From Massalongia carnosa (Eukaryota), in NCBI GenBank assembly GCA_965645245.1, contig OZ287085.1, forward strand, positions 434,001 through 498,000: 64,000 bases of DNA, written 5' to 3'. The notes beneath the pieces were generated by a model. That model was not told the DNA's origin. It saw only the letters and a program-made list of their open reading frames with translations, and made no database searches. The position numbers and the translations under genes were made by a program. This document shows positions 1-11,780 of this stretch, piece after piece (positions within the stretch are counted from its first letter, which is position 1; each line of letters opens with the position of its first letter).

Positions 1-353
1 AACCTAATACTTGAGCTGGGGAGAGGAATTACGAGTAAAGCCAGTTTCACCCCACCCCACACTAATGCCGCGACATGAGGATTCGAGCTGATGAATACAT
101 CAACTACCTGAGAAAATTGCTGAATTGATTCAAGGAATGTAATCAGCCTTGGACCCATACATTGACTACGGCGGCTGCTGCATTTTCGATCAATGAGAGA
201 CGTGAGATTGATAGCAGCTGTAGCATCTGGCAATCCTTGCGAGTGGAGTTGGATCCTGTCTTCATCCGAAAGGATCGACTCGTAATCATATAATGCTTGT
301 GCAAGTTTGATTTCAGGCTTCAGCGGCGTTGCGTCAGCGAGCACCAACGCCAT
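1..353 (-). CDS. 5' part (first coding exon) of a probable fungal NACHT/STAND NLR-like protein; gene runs off the window start
   Basis: Not in the ORF track (no stop in window). Hand translation from ATG at 353: MALVLADATPLKPEIKLAQALYDYESILSDEDRIQLHSQGLPDATAAINLTSLIDRKCSSRRSQCMGPRLITFLESIQQFSQVVDVFISSNPHVAALVWGGVKLALL, then a GTAATT donor at 32. The VVDVFISSNP-xAALVWGGVK signature is typical of the helical N-terminal domain ahead of fungal NACHT domains; the NACHT domain itself is not visible. Confidence 0.65.
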   Translation of the reverse strand, partial: MALVLADATPLKPEIKLAQALYDYESILSDEDRIQLHSQGLPDATAAINLTSLIDRKCSSRRSQCMGPRLITFLESIQQFSQVVDVFISSNPHVAALVWGGVKLALLVIPLPSSSIR

Positions 354-785
354 CCTAATAGCACACTTGCTAATCACGGAGATAGTTAGTCATATTCATC
401 CTAGGTTTCGTAAATCTTTATCGATAGTGTTCGATTAAAAGCGGTTGCGCTCGTAGCCTATGTTGTTGTACTACGGGACTGATATTTCGTCTTATTTCGT
501 CGGTTGGAATCAATGGCGGAAATGGAGATGTAAGCTAGTAGGTATTGCTGTGAGTCGATCTCAATATCCAAGGTCGTAGAGAAAGATAATAATCAGAAGC
601 AATTAGATATAAAGAAAAGCATTGAAGTGGTGGCTGTTCCCTCCGTCAGCCTTGTTGCTGGCCTTGTCACTGGGTCTGCCAACCCCAACTTACGACTCGC
701 ACGTTAGCGGCCAGAGCACCGAGCTCTAGACGTGAACTGGAGTCGTGCCGAGTCAATCCAAGGCCAGTAGGAAGTGGAGAAGGGT

Positions 786-860
786 AGTAACTACCTGTGT
801 AGTAACCATCTGTGTAGTAACTACCTGTGTAATAACTACTTGTGTAGTAGCTATCTGTGT
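786..860. repeat. 15-bp tandem repeat x5 (consensus AGTAACTACCTGTGT)
   Basis: Five consecutive units at 786, 801, 816, 831 and 846, each with 0-2 mismatches. Confidence 0.95.
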
Positions 861-882
861 GTCAGGCGATTAGGGGTCACAT

Positions 883-1001
883 TGTTAAATAAACAGTTGA
901 CGGCATAATGTTGAAATTACTATGGAGGTGACTGCTTATAGCAGTCATGGCAGCCTGCAGGGCTGAGCTAGAACTAATGGGGCTAAGCGAGTATTCCAAC
1001 A
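883..1001 (-). mobile_element. Solo LTR (119 bp) of the TRIM family seen at 42038-42928
   Basis: TGTT...AACA ends, 5-bp TSD CACAT at 878-882 and 1002-1006, near-identical to the LTRs at 42038-42156 and 42810-42928. Confidence 0.92.
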
Positions 1002-1022
1002 CACATGACCTACGAACACCTA

Positions 1023-2361
1023 CAGTACTAGGTCAAAAGTTTCCGACAGCCCCACCATCAACTTTTTACCCCCCCACTACTTTGAATTATCAACTATCAA
1101 GTTGTTATTTTGATGTCTTGAAACTTCGTACGATGATTACATACATTATAGCAAGCACATTGGGCTGAGAAATATATTTTTAATATTTCGTATACCCTCC
1201 TTTTGACTGGATGCAAGCTTCAATCCTCCTTTCCATGCTGTCTACTAAACTCTTCAGCATTTCCTCATCTATCAAGGCCCATGCTTCTTCCAATGCTTTC
1301 CAAAGTACCTCGCTGACCCTATCATCACCACCAGTTACCGAGTCGATGTCCGGATTGACCTGGTAGACGAGCTTTTTGAGCACGTACCAAACGTGCTCGA
1401 TGGGATTCAAATCAGGAGAATAAGGGGGCCAATCGATGACTGTTATACCGTTTTCATCGAACCATTTCTTCACCTTTTTGGCAGTGTGAATGGGGGCATT
1501 ATCCTGCATGAAAATGAGACCTTGTTCCCAAATTCCAAGCAGATTATCGTTCAATAATTCCAAATATGAATTCGCGGAGTACCCCATCTTCTTTGCCTCG
1601 AAATCGCGGGCCAATTTGTAAAGATCCGACCTCCCCCCCCCCCCAAAAAGCCCCCCATACCATGACCTTGACCTTTTTTCCTTTGCCGTACGGTTGTATC
1701 ATAGGTTTTTTCCATTTTTCGTCCGGAAACCTGAACACCCATTGACGCTGTTTTCCCGACCCCTTTTCCACCGAGCACTCGTCTGACCATATTATTTTTG
1801 ACCACTGCTCAAAATTCCACTCACGCCGAAGCAAGCACCAGTCCAGTCTCTTCTTTGCCACCTCGGGCGTCAATAAAGGTCGCTTTTTAGCCAGCCAGTT
1901 TGTTAGACCATAGTCTTTGAGCGTCCGATAGAGAGTGGATCGATTACATTGCACCTCAACCTCCGTACGCAGCTGCGCGTAGGTGATGCGTGGATTGATT
2001 CGCGCAAGTTTGATAATACGTCTTCGATCGCGGTTCGAAAATATTCCAGGCCGACCCGATCGCGATTTGGACTTTTCGTTGTTGCGTTCTGGGTGCTTTT
2101 GAAGAGTGTAAATGAATGTGGTTCGAGGCACATTTAATGTCTTTGCAATTTCGGCCGGTGCATGCCTCAATGCCTGGGCTCCAATAATCATACCTCTTTG
2201 ACAATGATTCAGTTCGGTATTACGAGGCTTATTACCAGAAATTGAAGTCAAGGGAGTGCGTGGCATGGTGAAATGATGAGGTCAAAGTTGATGGGTTGGT
2301 AGGTTAAAACGCGAAATCACGAAAATCGCGGGTAGAGTCGGAAACTTTTGACACGGGACTG
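1023..2361 (-). mobile_element. Tc1/mariner (DD34E) DNA transposon, 1339 bp
   Basis: TA on both sides; imperfect 25-bp TIRs CAGTACTAGGTCAAAAGTTTCCGAC and CAGTCCCGTGTCAAAAGTTTCCGAC; contains a transposase. Confidence 0.94.
1180..2266 (-). pseudogene. Tc1-like DD34E transposase, frameshifted at a G homopolymer near 1633-1645
   Basis: ORF 1544-2266 has the HTH, GRP and WSDEC motifs; ORF 1180-1614 has QDNAPIH...SPDLNPIE with 34 residues between D and E. The shift may be a sequencing error. Confidence 0.9.
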
Positions 2362-2459
2362 TATGAGATATCCCTCAGTTAGCTAGCCTAGACCCTCCAT
2401 AGATCAATACACACCACTCCTTTTCACCCATATTCCACATTAGCCCATACAGCTTGATA

Positions 2460-2470
2460 GTTATGAGCCC
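2460..2470 (+). promoter_or_regulatory. Copia-type primer binding site GTTATGAGCCC
   Basis: The same motif abuts the 5' LTRs of the copia (46395-46405, minus) and of the TRIM (about 42797-42809, minus, one extra base). Confidence 0.8.
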
Positions 2471-2555
2471 GGTGAGCATAGAAGCTTCAAATTCCTATTC
2501 ATTGATCTAGTTGAATAAAACCCTCTTCCCAAAACGATCCAACAAAACGATCAAA

Positions 2556-3356
2556 ATGGAGGAGACCAACAAAGCAACGATGATCGCCCTAACTCCCAAG
2601 AATTATCATCTATGGATTAGGGAATTACAAGGAATATCCGAGAAAGCGAAGGTATGGCAATATGTGGACCCCAATTGTTCAAAACCGGAGCCCGAAGAGG
2701 GAGAATATCCGGAAGTTTCACAATATCAAGTCCCTATTCAAGCACAGCCAGCAGGTGGAATTACTTACCCCATTATAGAAGGTGGAGTTGTAATAGCCAC
2801 GAAATCGGCTGAGAAATACGGCGATTTATCGGCTGAGCAAAAGGAGGACTATAAAATGGAGATATCAGCCTATAAGATGAAGGAAAAACAGGTGGAGAAG
2901 GTCGCCCAAGGACTCAGAATAGTGGACAATGCACTTAAGAGCTCCGCACGAGCATACATCCCCCCCAATAAGATGGCTTCATCGGTTAGGGAAATAGTGA
3001 AAATTCTGGCTGCATGATATAAGCGGTCAGATGACCAAGTCATAGAGCAATTGCATGAGCAATTTCTAGCCCTAAAACCCCCGCCCATTAAAGGTAAAAT
3101 AGAGGCATGGGTAGCTGATTGGGAGAATATTAAGGGACAAATTGTTGAGCTCAATGTAACGGGTCTATTTGGCTCCGAGACCATATTCATCAATGAATTT
3201 CTCCAATCAGGGAAGAAATGGGCGCCCAATTTCTGTGAAAATTGGGTAATGCAGCATAGGGCTGCTAAGACGACGGTTGAATTTTACGAGACAACAAGGG
3301 AATATCGTTTAGCCGTGGAATCATTCCTGAATGAGGCAAAATCAACGTCTAGAAAA
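2556..3356 (+). pseudogene. Copia-type gag, in-frame stop at 3015-3017, 3' truncated and joined to gypsy RT
   Basis: N-terminus NYHLWIRELQGISEKAKVWQYVDP parallels the gag of the copia at 46259 (DWRTWFSFIQIKAESLEIWDEVNP); follows the copia PBS. Confidence 0.75.
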
Positions 3357-6300
3357 ATTCAAGGATTAGTTGAAGTGTTGATAGGAGCGCTATTCTTTAC
3401 CAAATTCGACATTCGGGACGCCTTCAACTCTATACGCATTAGAGCCGGCGACGAATGGAAGACCGCGTTCAGATGCAGGTACGGTCACTACGAATATCTA
3501 GTAATGCCTTTTGGGTTAGCGAATGCACCTGCCACGTTTCAGGCGTATATTCACGAAGCTCTAAGGGAATACCTGGACGTATTCGTAGTAGTGTATCTGG
3601 ACGATATTTTGGTGTTTTCTAAAAAAATCGAAGAGCATGCAAATCACGTTCGAATGATACTCGAGAAGCTTCGGAAATATAATCTGCATGCGAAACTCTC
3701 CAAATGCCTTTTCGATAAGTCCGAGATTGAATACTTAGGATTTATTTTGACTCCAACGGGCATAAGAATGGACCCCTCTCGCATAACGACGATAACAAAC
3801 TGGCCAGAACCCAAAAATCATAGAGACGTACAAGTCTTCTTGGGTTTTGCGAACTTCTATAGACGATTTATAGATGGATTTTCGCGGATAGTAACTGCCC
3901 TTACTACCCTTCTCAAAGGAGGAAAAAGGGGTAAATTCGACGGCCAGTTTACGTTCACAACGGAAGCCAAGGAATCCTTTGAAAAATTAAAACTTGTTTT
4001 CACGACTGCTCCCATGCTATTGCACTTCGACCCGAAGAGGAAAATCCAATTAGAAACGGACGCCTCAGGAGTCGCGATTTCTGCAATTATATCACAGTTA
4101 GTCGAAGAAACCGGACGCTGGCATCCTATCGCCTTTTGGTCAAGGAAAATGGCTCCAGCTGAACTCAATTATGGAGTGGGCGAAACTGAGATGTTAGCGA
4201 TCGTCGAAGCATGCAAGCAATGGCGACACTATCTTGAAGGGGCATGCATCCCATTCGTGTGATCACCGATCACTGCAACCTTCGTACGTTTCTCACCACC
4301 AAGAATTTATCGCGAAGAGAAGCGCGATGGTGGGAGAGACTCTCTAGTCTCGACTTGGTAATTGAATACCGACCAGGGCGCTATAATCCTGCGGACGGGC
4401 CTTCAAGGCGTCCAGACTATGCTGGAAATGAACCCAAATTGTCTCATCAAGTTGGTGCAGTAGTTTCCAGTGAAGCAGGGGAGCCTCTGGGTATTCGACA
4501 GGGGACAGAGAAACTCGAAGAAAAGTTCGAGACGAAGAAGTGGGTGGTTGCGTCGATAACCGGCATCCCTGTAACTGCTCCTAGGGGAAATGTTATGGAA
4601 TGGGAGCCCACTGTTGATAGCACAATTGTGCATGGATTCATAGAACCTGAATCTGTTAACGGAACTGATTATGAATCAGGGGACTCTTCCGTTGATGAGA
4701 CCGAAAATGGTCCAAGCGCGCGTTCCTTGCTGGCTACTGAAGGGACTGAGAATGAAACTCTCGAGGTTCTTGGAGCAGTAAGAAGGGTTAAGGAGAAGAG
4801 AAAGTCTTCACCTAAACTGGACGAGGGAAAGGCCGATTCGAAGCCTACAGAGTTCCAACTCATGGAGACATCCGAGAAGGAGTCTCGAATTTCTCTAGAA
4901 CAATCAAAGGAAGTTTCAGAGAAGGACTCAGCCTTTACTGCTCCACCGCTCGAGTTACGCACCGTCCTTCTGGCACTGCAAGAGTCTGATCAACTCGCGC
5001 AGCAGAGACGGCCCCTTGCCGCTTCGTCGGCACAGTGGGAGCAACACAAGAGGGAGAGTTTGTATGGAACGCTGGAAGTCAACAAAGGTGTCCAAAGTCA
5101 CTCGCAGGTAGATACCCTGGCATTGGAAGGGAAACCGCGGGGAGATAATAAAGACAAAGAAAACCTTTGGCATATAGAAGACGGCCTTTTATGCAGAGAC
5201 AATAAATGGTACGTACCTTCAGGCATATTGAGAGAAGCGCTACTGCGACAGAATCATGACGACCCCAATGCGGGCCACTGTGGAGTTAGGCGGACAGTGG
5301 AATTAATTCAAAGAAAATACTACTGGCCTAAAATGCGAAGAGACATCAAAAGTTATGTCGAAACCTGTACTCGTTGTCATCAGGTCAAGGCTCCAAGACA
5401 TAAGCCTTACGGAGAATTGGTGTCGTTGCCAATCCCTCAAGGACCTAGACAAAATTGAACAATGGACTTTATAACCGACCTTCCGCCAAGCATTCGGCGG
5501 GGGCAAGTTTATGACTCCATCCTGGTAACGATAGACAGGTATACGAAATTCTCTCGTTACATACCCGCACGAAAGGACTGGGAAGCTGAGAACATGAGCG
5601 ATGTCCTTGTCGAAGAAATATTTACCAAATTCGGTATGCCAGTGTCGATTGTAACAGATCGGGGAAGTCTTTTCACCTCCAAATTCTGGTTGCACTTCTG
5701 TTATCACCTCCGAGTACGGCTCAATTATAGCACAGCCTTCCATCCTCAAACCGATGGGCAGACGGAGAGACAAAACCAAACCTTAGAACAGTAACTGAGG
5801 TGTTATGTGAACTATCAGCAAGATGACTGGTTATATTGGTTACCAATGGCTGAGTTTGCTTACAACAATAGATTGCACAGCATTATCAACATGACACCGT
5901 TCGAAGCAATGTTCGGGGAAGCCCCAAAGTGGGAAGATAGTATTCTCGAAGCAAGGGAGAGCGAGACCCCAGTGGCTCGCCTTCGAGCGGTGAACATGCT
6001 GAAACAAAGAGAAACGTTGCGGAAACTTCTCAATGAGGCTGTAAACTCTCAAGCTAAGTTCTATAATGAAAACTATATGCCCAAGACATATAAAGTAGGT
6101 GAGAAAGTCCTGCTGAGCGCTAAAAACATCAAGTCTACTAGGCCATCCAAGAAATTGGATTATAAATATTATAGACCATATGAGATAATAGATCTCGTGG
6201 GGAAGAATGCTTACCGCCTGCGACTGCCCAGCTTACTGAAGGGAGTACATAATGTATTTCATGTCTCCTTGTTAGAACCCCACATTATAGATCCAAAAAG

Positions 6301-6559
6301 AGGATCAGAAGAGCCTCCCGCAATAGAGGTCGCGGGGGAAGAGCAGTGGGAAGTACAGAAAATCCTAGACAGTAGGATTCATTATGGTAAACTCCAATAC
6401 TTAGTGAAATGGTTAGGCTACTTGGATACAGATAATCAATGGTTACCAGTCGAAGACATGGAAGGATCTCAGTACCTGATTAGAATATATCATCAGCAAT
6501 ATCCAGCAAATCCTGATGATTCTCACGTCAAGAAAAGACGGAAGAGGAACAAGAAATGA
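3357..6559 (+). pseudogene. Gypsy pol (RT/RH/IN/chromodomain) with one frameshift near 4245 and stops at 5456 and 5792
   Basis: Domain motifs in consecutive ORFs; the protease and RT N-terminus are absent. Confidence 0.92.
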
Positions 6560-6569
6560 GAGCAAATCA

Positions 6570-7152
6570 GTCCTCATTGACCTTGTAGCCATCAAGGTCA
6601 ATCCCCTCCTATTCTTCCCACGTATCCTCGTGAGGAGGGAAGGCAACACCGCGCGACCCGCGAGAGGCCGAAGAATGCCCGGTGGGGGGAGGAGCCACAC
6701 GGGAAGGAGGCGCACGCACACTATCTCCTGAAGGCCCGCGATAGGCCGGCGAGCCCGAGGCAGAGCGCGAAGCCGAAGTTGACCCTTCCTCTATTTAAAA
6801 TCCGGACGAGCTTTCACCACCCGACGAACGCCCACTGGGTTAAAAAAGACACAGAAGGCCGACCGGAACGGGAAGGAAGCGACCGCAGGGGCGGAGGATC
6901 CGGGGACGGAGGAGCCGAGGACGGAGACACAGAGGACGGCGCAGAGCGAGAAGAAATTGATATGGCCTCACCAACCGCAAGAGAACGAGCTGAAGACCGA
7001 GCATCAGAAGGGGAATCGCCAGGAACACATACTTTCCTCAGACCAGAAGACGGAAGACGTCTTCCACTACAGCGAGGTAGTGGGGAATCCCCGGGCTCAT
7101 CAGGGGACAAGGAAGGGGCAGAAATAACACGGTGTTCTGGATTTTTGGGCAT
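6570..7152 (-). pseudogene. Antisense Ser/Pro/Arg-rich accessory ORF in the gypsy 3' region (one frameshift near 6840)
   Basis: ORF 6814-7152 continues in another frame as PSGRSSGGESSSG...; converges on the pol stop; same position and orientation as the ORF at 17049 in copy 2. Confidence 0.45.
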
Positions 7153-7497
7153 TATGATTGTGCTTGTAGAAGGGAGAAAGGAAAGAGAAAGATGAGGAGT
7201 TTTATGAGAAGTGGGGGATTATTCACACTTTCTTCACGAAACCTCACTGGAATTCACTACACTGGCCGATAACTCACCAGTTCTACTGGAGATATGACTC
7301 AAACGACATGAGCGGAGATTCTGGATACAGAGCTTGAGTCGCATGTGCGAGACTCTGAAGGCAAAAGCATGAATCATGTTCGGAATGTCAAAGGACTCAT
7401 AACAGGGGACTCAACGGGGGTTAGGCTGAGGATGAATTGAGACTATACAAAACGCGACAGCAAGCTCATGAGGACATGAGCCCTAGGAGGAGGGTAC

Positions 7498-7796
7498 TGT
7501 CAGCACAGCTTCCTACAAGACATGAAGCGGTCGCACCCTTCTGCAGGGGGTGCGCGGGAAGACACCCATGCGATAGTCTCAACCGGTCCAATCATGTAAT
7601 AGTAATTAGTTTGACAAACGTGGCCTGATCAAGGTGGGGCTATAGGATAAACAGCCCTTCGCCCACCTCTTTCGGAGGGCCACTGATCAATCTATTGATT
7701 ACACTCCACCTACTGCTATTCCATAGCGACTCCTATTCTATTGTCCTACCACTACTGTAGAGCCATATAGTCACACTGTTCGTACTTCGCCTCACA
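7498..7796 (+). repeat. 3' LTR of gypsy family A copy 1
   Basis: TG...CA after the PPT; shares blocks (GTGGGGCTATAGGATAA, CACTGATCAAT) with the reverse complement of the LTR at 16360-16647. Confidence 0.8.
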
Positions 7797-7883
7797 CTTT
7801 AATTGTTTGAATAAGAACAGTAATTTTAATGTTTGTAATTTAATCTCGTTGAGAGAAGATATTTCATCCTAATTCTGCAGTCC

Positions 7884-8036
7884 CACGCCGCGCAACAATG
7901 TTGGGTTCTCGCAAAAAAATTGCTTTTTCGCTACCGGGTTTTTCTTTCAAAACTTGACCCTGACACCAAAAATCGTAGAGTTCGCTACAAACTGGTTTGG
8001 TTTTTAGTAGTGAAACCCGATCCAATGCGCGGCGTA
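7884..8036. mobile_element. About 152-bp MITE with an 8-bp TSD (hAT-like), copy 1
   Basis: Ends (T/C)ACGCCGCGCA...TGCGCGGCGTA; TSD TGCAGTCC at 7876-7883 and 8037-8044. Confidence 0.88.
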
Positions 8037-9109
8037 TGCAGTCCAGAAAAAAACTTTTTCAATAGAGTTTTGATTAAAAAAAACAAGTGTATTTTCTGCA
8101 CTTTTATCAGGGGAGACTCTATCTTCATCGGGAAATCGGGAGATGACTAATAGATCTTGATGATTAAATATTCGACTCTGTGGTTTCTTTAGTCTTTATT
8201 CGTCAACCTTTAGTCAGTTACCTTTATCTGTTGTACGTCTTTTCGTCATATTAGTCAGTGCAACCTGCATCTCAACAAATAATCGTCGCTCTGTCTTTAC
8301 TTCTCGTCTCGATAGGCTTTATTATTCTCTTTACCTCGACCTTTTAATAATTCAGTCGTATATTATCCACTCTATCCTATCTTTACGTCCTCTTTATCCG
8401 TTGCAGAGTAATTTTGCTTGTACAGCTGCTCTCTTTACATGTCGCATCGTCATACATTGAATTCGTTACAGCTTTTGTATCTTGCGTATAAAATATCTTT
8501 ATAATGCGCAACCCACCTTGCATGTCTCATCGAAGATAAAGTTACGCACATTTAGTTCTCGGAGATTAACAGAGTTCTAATTGCTTTCTCTATCTTTGTA
8601 TATTGTATCAGAGTTCAAGTGTTTTGTTAGCTATCGTGAGGTCGTGTTAGACTGACGGGTCGAGGTAACTGTGTGTTAGGAAGCCTGTTAGCTGGCAATC
8701 AGTTTCCTTACTGTAGTGTGATGACGCTCAATTCGAAGCGATTAAGCTTGAGTTATGGTTAGGGATTAAGAACAGCGGTCTTTTGGGGCAAAACTGGCAA
8801 ACGACGGGCTCTCGTACCTCGCTGGACGGGATGTCATGTTGCATTTGTGGTCCGTCACATCCTGTACTACTCTAATTATCGATTCAATGAAATAATTTAA
8901 CCTACTGCATAGATGAAACATTAAGTGAATACCGACGTTCAAAATAACAGTCGCAGCGCTCACGATAACTACTGGAAGACTACGAACTATCTACATATGA
9001 CTCGGGATCACGGGCATTGGAGACTTTATCGTTTGAGACTTTTGAGGTTTGACATACTGAACCTTTTACAGAGATGATCTACGGTAAGCTAACATCAACT
9101 AACCCTAAT

Positions 9110-9185
9110 CTAACAGCTAACAGGATTTTCTTGATCTAACAGGGTTTTCTTGATCTAACAGGGGCTGTTTTAATCTAACAGGAAC
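9110..9185. repeat. About 19-bp tandem repeat (TTTTCTTGATCTAACAGGG) upstream of the element's gene
   Basis: 3-4 imperfect units; the copy at about 21520-21610 has one more unit. Confidence 0.8.
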
Positions 9186-9342
9186 CGTTAGCATATCATA
9201 ACAAAGTCAACGATCCTAACACGCTAGATTTGGTTGCAATGGCAAACTTGTTCATTTTACTTTTCGCGTCGATCTCTTCTACTTTGCTCGTTTCCCAAAC
9301 CCACAGGTATTGCATATTCCTTGTTTCTTCTTTTTTTCAACA

Positions 9343-11780
9343 ATGTCAACATCAACGACAACCACTATCAACAACCCACAAAGAATTACAATGGTACGAA
9401 CCTCCCCAGGATGTATAGAAACCAACGCGTATCGGCTGACTTTGCTTTTCCTTCGAGAACTCTCAGGATTTTGATGATTCGCCTTCCGAGGAAGACTTGC
9501 CTGCATTGGCACAACTAAAACGCTCTCGTGCACAATTTGAGGGAAATAACACTTACGGAGACAACAAACGCTCACATCGCCTGCCTTGTGTGGACGAGTT
9601 GGCTGAATCTAGTACTGGCAACGACTCAAGCGATGCGAGTTTCCAGCCGAGTGTAAGCAGTACAGTCATGAATGCATGTATCGGGTTCTGACCTAGAACA
9701 GAAAACGCCGATAACTAAGTATGTGGCGAGGACATTACCGGCTGGCGCAGGCCGCGGTATTCAATACAGCCCAAGATCTCCATCTCGAATGAGCTCCTTA
9801 CGAAGAGAAACGTTCCCTTCGTCTTGATCGAGAAACCCTTCCCGCGCGCTGGATAATATCTTGTCACCTTCACAAATACGCACTCGTCGGGTTTGCCTGC
9901 GACACTGTCCTCGCAAACTCTCGAGATCTCAAAGGTCCTCCCGATCAAGTCTACTTTCGGCACAAGGGCTGGCATAACGGAGGACGAGACAGTCTCGAAA
10001 TCAAAAAAATATATGCTTATCGTTTACTCTGGGGTGACATATCAAGGCGAACCAAGTTCAACTCTAGCCCTGCTCATCAACCAATACTATGTGCCATGAT
10101 TCCTTTTTTCAACGCTTTGATAACGTCCGGACACGCGGTTGAATTATGTTCGCCTTGGGCGAACACACAGAAGCCTCGATTGAGCAAATTAATGAGTCGT
10201 ACTTGGCGGGACCTTGCGAAGCGTCTCGGTGACCTTCCTGGCAACCGGAACGTCAATGTAGCAGAACTTCCCACCGCCAAAGAGGCTCGCAAGGTAGGAG
10301 AGGTCTTACAACGGATTTGTACATATAAAAACTAATCTGAGACTAGATTTATGATTCGACAACGGATTTTCGCTCTCAAATGTTGAGCAAAGTGAGCTTG
10401 CTTGTGGCTAACGAATACAGTTCTCAGTTCAGAGCGACTGTCGAATATTCGTGTCCACTTTGCTAGACGATCTTAATTTTCTGTGCGAAGATTTATCAAC
10501 GGTTAGTATGTCCTAGTTATCTTGATATAGAGTTTAACTAACTCGCGAGTAGGCTCCGAAAAAGCAGTTTATCGCGCCTATCTTGATAAAGGCAATTACT
10601 CTGATATTCTTCAATAACGACAATGACTGCAGTTATGGACGCAATACCGACACTGCGTATTTGTTCAATCCACTTCGAGGAGAAGTGATCGTATTGATAG
10701 CAACTCTAACTCAACATGCTATTGGAGAGTATGAGTACCGGCAAAAAAAGGTACAGGCTTTTGATGGGTCACAGCGAGAGAGTAAGTTTGTATCAATATA
10801 ATCTTTGCTGAGTTGAGGCATTAATACTGAAAACAATCCATACTCGAATGACGAACACCTGGAATCAACAGTCCTCGGAGAGATAGATGTTGTTACAATG
10901 AATCATTCATCGGCGGGTTATGCGTCAGACTGGACAAAGAGATGGGGACTTTTCGGCGGTCACAAAAGCTGTCCACAATCCATTTGCCACTTCTATTGAC
11001 GATCTTGTAGATCTTGATGCAGGAGATAAAATGACCAAGTCGGTCAGGTCGACAGCGCGGCTTTCTTCCTTGACATCTTCGTGTAGAACTTCGATCGTTC
11101 GTTGCGAGGAGGTGGATTCGGGTTTTTCGGTATGTCTTGATTGATATTATGCTTTGGAATTATCAGTAACAACAATAGAAGGAAACCTCTTCACCTAAGA
11201 CCGCCGCAGTTGACGAGCCACGAGGTATGCAATCTTATTAACCGCGTTCTAACGTGCTATTAACATCTCTACTAGAATTCTTCGCAACGTGGGCCCTCAC
11301 AATTAAAGCACAGCGCATCAAGTTCATCATTCGTAAGAATTCGCTTTTTTTGTAGAATATCTGTCAGTCTAACAGTTGCGTTGGAAACAGATTAACGACA
11401 AGATATCGTCAACTCCAACTCCACTCGTGCAAGACGCAATCGTGACGACAGATTCGGGTCAAGAATTTGCGGTAGATTACGATTTACGCATGGGGAAAGA
11501 CTGGCGGATTCGGATGAGGTATGATGCAACGTGGAAGGAGTGGCAGACTGCTGTGGGAATGAAAGATGGGGAGTCGTTCTGGTATACTGTACCAATATTT
11601 CCCGAGGCCGTATTGAGCTTTGAGGAGGAATATAGTTCGTTTTTGGATCGGGTGGAACAGGTGCATAGAGTAATGATACACACTGGGCGCAATCTCAAGC
11701 AGATGAAGACTCTGCGAGGGAGGACGACAATATGGGAGAACTCACATAACATTTATTTTACCCAAATCTTGATAATATAA
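9343..11780 (+). pseudogene. Multi-exon gene of unknown function inside the CATCGGG element (central exon resembles fungal DUF6532-type proteins)
   Basis: ATG 9343 MSTSTTTTINNPQRITM, then GTACGA..GCTGAC..AG and GTAAGC..CTGAC..AG introns join to acidic and Ser/Arg-rich exons; later exon FIAPILIKAITLIFFNND..SYG..YLFNPLRGEVIVLIATLTQHAIGEY. Some stops/frameshifts. The 3' end is approximate and the domain call is by resemblance only. Confidence 0.6.

Larger units (their letters stand above)
860..2459 (+). mobile_element. 5' LTR of a Ty1/copia element (about 135 bp once reconstructed), split by a solo LTR and a Tc1 element
   Basis: Begins TGTCAGG. Pieces 860-882, 1007-1022 and 2364-2459 rejoin when the two TSD-bounded inserts are removed; followed directly by the PBS GTTATGAGCCC and a copia-type gag. 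Confidence 0.6.
3357..7796 (+). mobile_element. Ty3/gypsy chromovirus (family A, copy 1), 5'-truncated: RT-RNase H-spacer-integrase-chromodomain, PPT and 3' LTR
   Basis: ORFs 3051-4262, 4244-5458, 5462-5794 and 5807-6559 carry YLDD, ETDASG, H-H-CC, MDFITDLP, HPQTDGQTER and YLVKWLGY; PPT AGGAGGAGGGTAC precedes TGTCAG at 7498. Confidence 0.93.

Noticed and set aside
786..860. CRISPR-like array (also 9110-9185 and 62809-62886)
   Set aside because: Head-to-tail repeats with no spacers, in eukaryotic DNA.
1633..1645. Programmed frameshift in the Tc1 transposase
   Set aside because: A long G run is better explained by slippage mutation or sequencing error.
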